Source: Peptostreptococcales bacterium (GTDB taxonomy: Bacteria > Bacillota > Clostridia > Peptostreptococcales > Acidaminobacteraceae). Taken from it: a DNA stretch of 28,107 bases. A model generated the notes under the pieces. The model was given only the letters and a program-made list of their open reading frames with translations. It did not search any database and was not told where the DNA came from. Of this stretch, positions 6,941-14,637 are shown piece after piece; within the stretch, counting starts at the first letter, position 1, and each line of letters begins with the position of its first letter. Position numbers and translations under genes: made by a program. The stretch lies in NCBI GenBank assembly GCA_038240675.1, contig JBBRGL010000001.1:1-28107 (forward strand). The letters are read 5' to 3'.

Positions 6941-9070
6941 ATGGTTACAAAGGCAGATCTACTTAAATTTTTAAAAGAAGAAGCAGAACGACCTATGATG
7001 GATATGGATTTATTTCATTATTTTGAACTCGAACCTCATGAATCAGGCGAATTCTATAACATGCTCTCCGAACTTGAAGACAACGGCGATATTATTAAAA
7101 CCAAGAAAAACAAAGTAGCTGTCCCTCTTAAAATGGATATCTATGTGGGAAAAATCCAGACGACTCAAAAGGGCTTTGGATTTCTCATTGCGGAAAATAA
7201 CGTGATGGATGATGTTTTTATCCCTGCTGGTGCACTGGCAGGCGCTATGAACGGTGATCGCGTCTTCGTCAAAATCGTCAATCGCTCTGGGGCGGGTCGC
7301 AAAAATGAAGGGGAAGTTATTAAAATCATCAAAAGGGCTAACGAAAAAATCGTCGGGACTTTTGAAGCCAATGAATCTTTTGGTTTTGTCGTGCCAGATG
7401 ATAAACACATCAACAAAGACATTTATATCAAGCGTGAAGGCATTAACGGCGCCAAAACAGGTCAGAAGGTCGTTGTCACTTTGACGGAATGGCCTGAAGA
7501 AAGACGCAACCCTGTGGGATATATAAGTGAAGTTTTAGGCTTCCCTAATGAAAAGGGCGTTGATATTCTCAGTGTCATTCGTAAGTATCAGCTGCCGGAG
7601 ACTTTCCCTAAAAAAGTCCACCGCGAGGCTGAGGGTGTGGAGCAGTTTCCATCGCCTGAAGAGATAGGAGCGCGCCGTGATTTAAGAGCACAGCGGCTAT
7701 TCACCATCGACGGGGCCGATGCCAAGGATTTGGATGATGCGGTTTCCATTGAAGGGTTGCCAAATGGCAACTTTCAATTGGGCGTTCATATTGCCGATGT
7801 CTCCTATTATGTCAAAGAGCGGTCTGCACTGGACAAAGAAGCTTTTGACCGTGGAACCAGTGTCTATTTGATAGATAGGGTTATACCTATGCTTCCAAGA
7901 GAGCTTTCCAATGGCATTTGTTCTCTGAATCCTCATGTGGATAGACTGACTATGAGTTGCACCATGGAAATTGATCAGCAGGGGGCTGTCGTCTCACACG
8001 ATATTTTTGAATCTGTCATTCATTCCACTGAAAGGCTTATTTATGAGGATGTCTCAGATATGCTAGAGGCTATCGAAAGAACGGATTTGGAACATTTAGA
8101 GTATCTGCGTGAGGATTTTATGCAGATGGAAATCCTCTGTAAAATACTGCGCAATAAAAGAGAAAGGCGGGGTGCTATCGATTTTGATTTCCCTGAGCCT
8201 AAAATCATTCTTGATGAAACAGGCAAGCCTATTGAAATCGCCAAGCGTGAAAGACGTATCGCCAATCGCATCATTGAAGAATTTATGTTGGCAGCCAATG
8301 AGACGGTGGCGGAACATATGTTTTGGCTTGAAATCCCCTTTGTATACCGTGTGCATGAAGATCCCGATTTGGAAAAAATCGCAACTTTCAATAAGTTTTT
8401 AAATAATCTTGGCTATACGATCAAAGGTATTACGGAAGAAGTTCATCCTAAAGCGATACAGCAGTTACTGAGTGAGGTCAAAGGCAAAAAAGAAGAGGGC
8501 GTCGTCAATCGGTTGATGCTGAGATCCCTCAAACAAGCGCGCTATTCCTCTGTGAAAGATGGACATTTTGGTCTTGCTGCGGAATACTACAGTCATTTCA
8601 CTTCGCCGATAAGGCGGTATCCCGACCTTCAAATTCACCGGATTATTCGAGATTGCCTGCAGCACAAACTCACTGAATCGAGGCTCCAACAGCTCATTCC
8701 TATCGTTGAAGCGGCCGCAAAGCAGTCGTCAGAGAGAGAACGGGTTGCAGAACAAGCTGAGCGAGAAACTGATGACATGAAAAAAGCAGAGTATATGTCT
8801 GGATTCGTTGGAGATTCCTTCGAGGGCATTATTTCTTCCGTCACCTCTTTTGGACTTTTTGTGGAGCTTGAAAACACCTGTGAAGGGCTGACGCGTATCG
8901 GAGAGCTTGAAGATGATTATTATATTTATGATGAATTGTCCATGAGTTATGTGGGTCAACACACGCGCAAAACCTATAGTATTGGCGACAAAGTCGTGGT
9001 GCGGGTCGAGCGTGTTCATGTACTGAATAGAGAAGTTGATTTTAAAATATTGAATAAAATAGAGGACTAA
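6941..9070 (+). CDS. rnr: Ribonuclease R
   Basis: N-terminal HTH and cold-shock domains (KGFGFL), RNB catalytic TIDGADAKDLDDA and HFTSPIRRYPDL, C-terminal S1 domain; RBS AAGGAGG. Confidence 0.97.
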   Translation: MVTKADLLKFLKEEAERPMMDMDLFHYFELEPHESGEFYNMLSELEDNGDIIKTKKNKVAVPLKMDIYVGKIQTTQKGFGFLIAENNVMDDVFIPAGALAGAMNGDRVFVKIVNRSGAGRKNEGEVIKIIKRANEKIVGTFEANESFGFVVPDDKHINKDIYIKREGINGAKTGQKVVVTLTEWPEERRNPVGYISEVLGFPNEKGVDILSVIRKYQLPETFPKKVHREAEGVEQFPSPEEIGARRDLRAQRLFTIDGADAKDLDDAVSIEGLPNGNFQLGVHIADVSYYVKERSALDKEAFDRGTSVYLIDRVIPMLPRELSNGICSLNPHVDRLTMSCTMEIDQQGAVVSHDIFESVIHSTERLIYEDVSDMLEAIERTDLEHLEYLREDFMQMEILCKILRNKRERRGAIDFDFPEPKIILDETGKPIEIAKRERRIANRIIEEFMLAANETVAEHMFWLEIPFVYRVHEDPDLEKIATFNKFLNNLGYTIKGITEEVHPKAIQQLLSEVKGKKEEGVVNRLMLRSLKQARYSSVKDGHFGLAAEYYSHFTSPIRRYPDLQIHRIIRDCLQHKLTESRLQQLIPIVEAAAKQSSERERVAEQAERETDDMKKAEYMSGFVGDSFEGIISSVTSFGLFVELENTCEGLTRIGELEDDYYIYDELSMSYVGQHTRKTYSIGDKVVVRVERVHVLNREVDFKILNKIED

Positions 9071-9071
9071 T

Positions 9072-9881
9072 ATGGGTTATAAAGTGGTCATGACCGATTT
9101 GGATGGTACACTCTTGACAAAGAATCACGACATCAGTGAAGAAAATCAAAGGGCTTTGATAGAGCTCACTGAAAAAAAGATCAAAATAGTCTTTGCATCA
9201 GGGCGCATGTATAAGGCCATTAAGCGGATCACGACAGAGTATGATGGCGATGCTATAGTGGTTTCGTGCAATGGTGGATACATTGTCGATGAGGCGAATA
9301 ACCATATTATTTCAGAGTCTCATTTTGACAATGATACAAGTATTGCAATAATAGAGATTCTTGAAAAGCACAATTTGTCCCATCATTTTTATACGGGAGA
9401 TACGGTTTATGCAAGGCATGGCAGTAATTCGAAAATGTTTCAAGCCATGCAAGGATTTTTGGATGAGCTCAAAATCAATTTAATCGCCCACTCGCCATTG
9501 GGCCAGTTTATTCGTGAGGGTGCGAGACCTTATAAGTTTGGCGTCATTATCGATAAGGGGACAAACTCAGAGGGTCTAAAACAAGATTTGGCTATGATTC
9601 CTGAAATTGATTTTTTCATGTCGGCTGAAACGTTGCTTGACATCATGCCAAAGGGGGTCAACAAAGGTTTTGCCCTTCATCAAGTGGCGCAGTATTTAGG
9701 AATGAGTGCTTCAGAAATCGTCGCTTGTGGAGACCATGAAAATGATATTGAAATGATTCAAGCAGCGGGTATGGGTATTGCTGCTCCGGGGTATGTGCCA
9801 GCACTTGGCGATGTGAGCGACGTTCTTCTGGACGAAAAGACCCTCCATGTGATCGCATTTATTAACGATACTTTCTTCTAA
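9072..9881 (+). CDS. Cof-type HAD-IIB hydrolase
   Basis: HAD motifs DLDGTLL, ASGR, KGVNKG and GDHEND. Starts 1 nt after the rnr stop. Confidence 0.92.
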   Translation: MGYKVVMTDLDGTLLTKNHDISEENQRALIELTEKKIKIVFASGRMYKAIKRITTEYDGDAIVVSCNGGYIVDEANNHIISESHFDNDTSIAIIEILEKHNLSHHFYTGDTVYARHGSNSKMFQAMQGFLDELKINLIAHSPLGQFIREGARPYKFGVIIDKGTNSEGLKQDLAMIPEIDFFMSAETLLDIMPKGVNKGFALHQVAQYLGMSASEIVACGDHENDIEMIQAAGMGIAAPGYVPALGDVSDVLLDEKTLHVIAFINDTFF

Positions 9882-9890
9882 GGAGAGCCG

Positions 9891-11042
9891 ATGGACGCAT
9901 ACAAGCTTCTAGGACTGATTAAGCAAAGTGAAAGTTCTCGGTTGGATTTTAAAATGTGTCTAGATTTGACCACGGATAGTCAAAAAAAAGAATTGGCTAA
10001 GGACGTGTGTGCCATTGCAAACTCAGCTTCGGGGAGAGGTTATATCATCTTCGGTGTCGAGGATAAAACAAAGAAACTCGTCGGGATAAAACCAGAAGAC
10101 TATATAGAAGAACAGATTCAGCAGGTAATTGCCCAGCGGTTAGACCCACCTGTCAATGTGCACTTAGACCATGTAGTGGTTCAAAATGTTCAACTGGCTG
10201 TGTTGACGATTTTTTACAGCTTCAAAAAACCCCATCAATTAAGGCAAACGGGCGCTTTTTACGTCCGAAGAGGGTCCACGACTGATTTTGCAAGGCGCGA
10301 AGAAATAGCCAATATGCTTCAGCATGAGGGTCTGGTTTTTAATGAATTAATTCCACTCAATCAACTGGATGAATCTGTTTTGAACCGAGGTCAGCTTGAA
10401 AGCTATCTTAACAAACAAGACATACAAGGGGATTATCACGAGAATCTGATCAGGCTTGGCCTGCTCAGCTATGACCGTTTTGACAACAGCTATGCGCCTA
10501 CTGTGGGTGGACTTTTGCTGTTTGGAATGGAACCCCAGCTCTATCTGCCCCATACGGGTATTCATATCGTGAATTTACTTGGCGCCAAAAAAGAAAGCTA
10601 TACCATCAGAGGAACCATTCTTGAAATGCTGGGAAAAGCCGTTGAAATCATAGATCTTTGCATCAAGTTCACCCCTTATCCGAGAGGCGTCTATGAAGAA
10701 GCTATTGCCAATGCTTTAGTGCACCGAGACTATTTTGATACCAGTCGACAAATCACCGTATTTATAGCCTCTAAGCGCATGGAAATTTCTAATCCCGGGG
10801 CAAATTACGATCAAGAAAAACCCGCTGGCGTCAGCCGTGAACGCAATCCTTATAGGCGTAATATGTGGCTCTATGACAGGCTCATCGCTCTTGATGATCA
10901 AAAACGTTTCAACGAAAGTGGCATAGGACTCATTCGTATGCAAAAGGCCCTACAGCACAAAGGCCATTTCAAAGTCATCAACTCCAAAAAATCCAATCTG
11001 TTCAAACTCATAATCACCCTTGAAGACAAGGCGCCAAAGTAG
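9891..11042 (+). CDS. Schlafen/AlbA_2-domain protein with a C-terminal HATPase_c_4 (RecG-C-like) domain
   Basis: N-terminal ESSRLDFK, KDVCAIANS..GYIIFGVED and YVRRGSTT; C-terminal EEAIANALVHRDY, ISNPG and GIGLIRM. Confidence 0.82.
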   Translation: MDAYKLLGLIKQSESSRLDFKMCLDLTTDSQKKELAKDVCAIANSASGRGYIIFGVEDKTKKLVGIKPEDYIEEQIQQVIAQRLDPPVNVHLDHVVVQNVQLAVLTIFYSFKKPHQLRQTGAFYVRRGSTTDFARREEIANMLQHEGLVFNELIPLNQLDESVLNRGQLESYLNKQDIQGDYHENLIRLGLLSYDRFDNSYAPTVGGLLLFGMEPQLYLPHTGIHIVNLLGAKKESYTIRGTILEMLGKAVEIIDLCIKFTPYPRGVYEEAIANALVHRDYFDTSRQITVFIASKRMEISNPGANYDQEKPAGVSRERNPYRRNMWLYDRLIALDDQKRFNESGIGLIRMQKALQHKGHFKVINSKKSNLFKLIITLEDKAPK

Positions 11043-11047
11043 GCAAA

Positions 11048-11097
11048 ACAAAAGGAAGGCAGTATCAAGAGAAACTTCTGATAATGTCTTCCTTTGT
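11048..11097. terminator. Bidirectional terminator-like hairpin between the AlbA gene and glnA
   Basis: Imperfect stem ACAAAAGGAAGGCAGTATCA / TGATAATGTCTTCCTTTGT with T-rich tails on both strands. Confidence 0.7.
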
Positions 11098-11106
11098 ATT
11101 ATTTCA

Positions 11107-11210
11107 GCGCTCAGTTGGCGCATTCAGCTAGCGTAGCGATTCGGCGTCCCACCGGGACATTCGGCTAGCGAAGCGATACAGCGGGGTGAATCGCCTTTTG
11201 ATGAGAGCGC
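11107..11210. repeat. GC-rich REP-like structured element in the glnA 3' UTR
   Basis: 20-nt direct repeats CATTC(A/G)GCTAGCG(T/A)AGCGAT at 11121 and 11158; GTCCC-acc-GGGAC hairpin; nested inverted repeats GCGCTC/GAGCGC and GCGATTC/GAATCGC. Confidence 0.6.
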
Positions 11211-11212
11211 AT

Positions 11213-13126
11213 TTACTTTATATCAAATAAATTTTGTTTATAATCGCAATATAGTTTCTTTAGTTCATCCATTGTGTCTCGCATTTCAACTTGAAGATTA
11301 CTTGCACGGTCATAGTGTTTGTACTCTATAGCTTCTCTCAAGTGCGTAAACAAGGATTTGTTCACCAAAGTGTCCTTCATGAGCTTCAGGCGAATGGTGT
11401 GAATACGTTCCCAATTGACCACGTCTAAATCCACAAATCCATCGCTTTCTGAACTGTGCAGGCGACTGAATGATCTGACAAGTTCCATGTTGTCGAGGAG
11501 GATGCGGTTTCTAAGCTCGGTGACCCAGTGTCCGGTCACCGTTTGATGGTAGGATGCTAAGATGGCCTCAGTAAAGACGCCGCCATCGAATAAGACGGAA
11601 CGCCTTAAGTTGTCCCCTTGTAGAGCTTGGACATTCTCCCACACGGTTTTTGGAGGTGCGCCAAAGAGGCGGTCTCTTACTTCTTCTGAGAAGTGTTCAA
11701 AGACGTCGTCTTCGGATCTGTAGCTACGATTCTGTTCAAGGTACTTTGCGGGTTGCCCATAGGGTTTAGAGAGCTCAGAAAGTGCTTCGTCAGCTGTGAA
11801 ATCATTGGCGAGTGCGGCTTTTATACCGTCGAGCATGGTTTGGTAGACGCCGGCTAGGACAAGGTAGGTATTTGAATGGGGATTTGGCGCACGTAGTTCA
11901 AAACGTGTAGACCGTGAATTGTTAATATCGCGCACGAGTCCCAGTAAAACAGTTCTATTACGCGTTGGAAGCGCATAGGTGTGACCCAGTGAGGAGACGA
12001 TGCAAACGGGCGCTTCAAATCCGGGTTTCAAACGATTGAAGGAGTCGTTTGAAGAAGTGATCAGAGGATTGAGAATTTCATAGTTTTTGAGTATGCCCAT
12101 AAGAGCCCCATAGCCAAAAGGGTTTAAGAAATGGCTGGCCATATCAAGGGGTGAAAAAAGGTTGATGGTCTTGCCGTTTTTAAGTTTGAGTGCCACACCA
12201 ACGTGGTGATGCTCTCCGCTTCCTGCGACGCCATCGATAGGCTTTGCTCTGAATGAGACCTCGAGGCCAAGTTTCACAAATGTATCACCGATAATATCCC
12301 GAGCAAAAAGCTCGTTGTCAGCAGTCTGCAGCGGGGCGTCATATTTCCAGTCGATTTCTAGTTGCTCCATAATGTGCGAAAAATCATTGGTGCCTTTGAG
12401 TTTAGAGGTGACACCACCAACTTCCTTGTGGCCCATTTCAGCTTCTAGGCCGTAGCGATTGAGCTGAAGGAGACTTTTTTCAAGGGCTGTTCGAACGGGG
12501 CCAACGGTTCTTTTCCAATATTGTTCTTTAAGAGTTTGAGAGGTTGAAAGCTTTTCGGTGTCGGTTTTGTAGTCCGGGGTTTTGACCCAGAACTCAAGCT
12601 CTGTTGCTGCGGTCATTTGCACGGATTCGATTTCACTTGCGCTGCTGAGGCCTATGTGGGCAAGTGCGCGGGGGTGTACCGCTAAAAGGTCTATAAGCGC
12701 ACTGGAAAAATGCGTGACAGCGCGTTTTAAAACACTTCTTGAGTCAACGGCCTGTCCTTGATGAATGAGTATGGCGGGTATGAGCAACGTGCCTACTGGA
12801 AGACCTGTAAGATGATCTCTGTTGTCGAGGTTATAATCCACAAGCCAGCGCACGGTTGAGTCTGGAATCAGGTCAACACGTGCATTGTTGATTTCTGCAA
12901 TAATCGGCAGGTTGACACTTGATCCATCGGTCTGGATGCCAAAAGAAATAAAATTATCATAGTCCTCTAACATCACTTCAATAGGGATACGTTCGTCTGT
13001 ATGGTTATTTCCAAGATCTACGGATACCAAGGAAACGTACTGGATTTCAGGACGACTTTTGATCGTTTTAAGGATTTCCTCCTTCGTTTGCTTTGAGGCT
13101 TCAATAGTATAAAGTAAGTTGCTCAT
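11213..13126 (-). CDS. glnA: Glutamine synthetase, long clostridial GSI-like form (637 aa)
   Basis: Motifs TDGSS, ELEFW, HKEVGG, EQLEI, KPIDGVAGSGEHHH, NRLKPGFEAP and RFELRAP; RBS AAGGAG. Confidence 0.9.
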   Translation of the reverse strand: MSNLLYTIEASKQTKEEILKTIKSRPEIQYVSLVSVDLGNNHTDERIPIEVMLEDYDNFISFGIQTDGSSVNLPIIAEINNARVDLIPDSTVRWLVDYNLDNRDHLTGLPVGTLLIPAILIHQGQAVDSRSVLKRAVTHFSSALIDLLAVHPRALAHIGLSSASEIESVQMTAATELEFWVKTPDYKTDTEKLSTSQTLKEQYWKRTVGPVRTALEKSLLQLNRYGLEAEMGHKEVGGVTSKLKGTNDFSHIMEQLEIDWKYDAPLQTADNELFARDIIGDTFVKLGLEVSFRAKPIDGVAGSGEHHHVGVALKLKNGKTINLFSPLDMASHFLNPFGYGALMGILKNYEILNPLITSSNDSFNRLKPGFEAPVCIVSSLGHTYALPTRNRTVLLGLVRDINNSRSTRFELRAPNPHSNTYLVLAGVYQTMLDGIKAALANDFTADEALSELSKPYGQPAKYLEQNRSYRSEDDVFEHFSEEVRDRLFGAPPKTVWENVQALQGDNLRRSVLFDGGVFTEAILASYHQTVTGHWVTELRNRILLDNMELVRSFSRLHSSESDGFVDLDVVNWERIHTIRLKLMKDTLVNKSLFTHLREAIEYKHYDRASNLQVEMRDTMDELKKLYCDYKQNLFDIK

Positions 13127-13183
13127 GATTGCTCCTTTTTACGAACATTTTGAGAGTAGGCTTTCAAGTGATTTTTTTAAACA

Positions 13184-13214
13184 TTGAGAAACTTACTTTT
13201 GACACTCTAATCAT
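13184..13214 (+). repeat. 31-bp end fragment of the palindromic MITE-like unit in the glnA 5' region
   Basis: TTGAGAAACTTACTTTTGACACTCTAATCAT is identical to the right end of array units 1 and 4. Confidence 0.9.
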
Positions 13215-13221
13215 TGAGTTT

Positions 13222-13249
13222 ATTATAGCACAAAAACAAACTCTGTAAA
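13222..13249 (-). promoter_or_regulatory. Putative sigma-A promoter of glnA
   Basis: Minus strand reads TTTACA-N16-TATAAT with an extended -10 (TGcTATAAT). Confidence 0.65.
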
Positions 13250-13560
13250 GGTCAGCAAACGAGTCGATTCACGTCTTGAAAGTACTTTAAACCATTAAAA
13301 AAAGCAAGATGTCAACCAAATCACCTAGAAATAGCGCAGGTCATAGTTAAGGTAACTAAAAAACTGAATTAACATAATTTTTCAAAAAATAAAAATTTGA
13401 ATTTGCGAACTTATGATATCGTTTTCCGATTTATCGTTCGTCTATTACCGAACTATGTTCTCCGTATAATCCGTTTTATAGCGACTGAGCTATTTTTTTA
13501 GCTTCTCAGAGGTAATTTGGTTTATAATAAAAGAATAGAACGTTAGAAAGGATGTACCTT

Positions 13561-14586
13561 ATGAACAGAATTGATTTAAGAAGTGATACAGTCACTGAAC
13601 CGCCGATTGCCATGCGCGAAGCCATGATGAATGCCCTCATTGGCGATGATGTCTTTGGTGAAGATCCTACAGTCAATGCACTTGAGGCCTATGCTGCAGA
13701 ACTACTTGGAAAGGAAGCCGCCCTTTTCGTGCCTTCTGGGACGTTTGGCAATCAAGTGGCTATAATGACCCACACCAAAAGAGGCGATGAAATTATAGTC
13801 GCTGATCACTCGCATATACTGATGTACGAAGTAGGGGGAGCGGCACTCCTATCGAGCGTTCAGGTACGCACTGTGCCCTCTAAAGATGGGCGTATGAAAC
13901 TGGATGATCTTAAGTATTGTACCCGGGGTCAGGACATTCACTATCCTGAAACGGGCCTTATTTGCATGGAGAATGCCCATTCTCTCGGCACTGTTGTGCC
14001 TCTTGAGAATATGAAGGAAGTTTATGAATTCGCAAAATCAAAGGCTATTCCTGTTCACTTAGACGGTGCGCGATTGTTTAATGCGGCGACTGTTTTGGGC
14101 GTATCAGCGAGAGAACTTGCTGACTGCGCTGACAGTGTCAATGTGTGTCTGTCAAAAGGACTTTGCGCACCTGTGGGTTCGCTGCTGCTGGGTTCGAAAG
14201 CTTTTATTCAAAAGGCGCGTAAAAACAGAAAAGTTATGGGTGGAGGCATGCGGCAGGCTGGATTTTTAGCGGCGGCGGGTCTGTATGCACTCAAAGAGAT
14301 GAGTGGTAGACTTTTGGAGGATCACGAAAATGCCCAGTATTTATTGGCACAGCTCAAAACATTTAATGCGCTGCGCGTTTATGAAGAACGGGTTCAAATG
14401 AGTATGGTTTTCTTTGATGTCCTCGATGAATCGGTGACGGACGCAATGTTTACCGAGCACCTGCTGGCAAACAACATTAAAATTGCAGGTTCGGACCATA
14501 AAGCGTACCGATTTGTGACCCATTACTGGATTACAAAAGAGCGAATTGATCAGGTCATCGCCGCCATGAGAGAGATTTTGAGCTAG
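13561..14586 (+). CDS. ltaE: Low-specificity L-threonine aldolase (PLP-dependent)
   Basis: Motifs IDLRSDTVT, GDDVFGEDPTV, PSGTFGNQ, HLDGARLFNA and CLSKGL (PLP Lys). RBS AGAAAGGA favours the ATG at 13561 over 13552. Confidence 0.93.
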   Translation: MNRIDLRSDTVTEPPIAMREAMMNALIGDDVFGEDPTVNALEAYAAELLGKEAALFVPSGTFGNQVAIMTHTKRGDEIIVADHSHILMYEVGGAALLSSVQVRTVPSKDGRMKLDDLKYCTRGQDIHYPETGLICMENAHSLGTVVPLENMKEVYEFAKSKAIPVHLDGARLFNAATVLGVSARELADCADSVNVCLSKGLCAPVGSLLLGSKAFIQKARKNRKVMGGGMRQAGFLAAAGLYALKEMSGRLLEDHENAQYLLAQLKTFNALRVYEERVQMSMVFFDVLDESVTDAMFTEHLLANNIKIAGSDHKAYRFVTHYWITKERIDQVIAAMREILS

Positions 14587-14637
14587 AGAAGTTGCACAAA
14601 AATTAACCTTAGAGAGAAAATAGGAGGATTAGGGAAC

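Noticed and set aside
13449-13460. LexA (Cheo) box
   Set aside because: The spacing is GAAC-N3-GTTC; the Firmicute SOS box needs N4.
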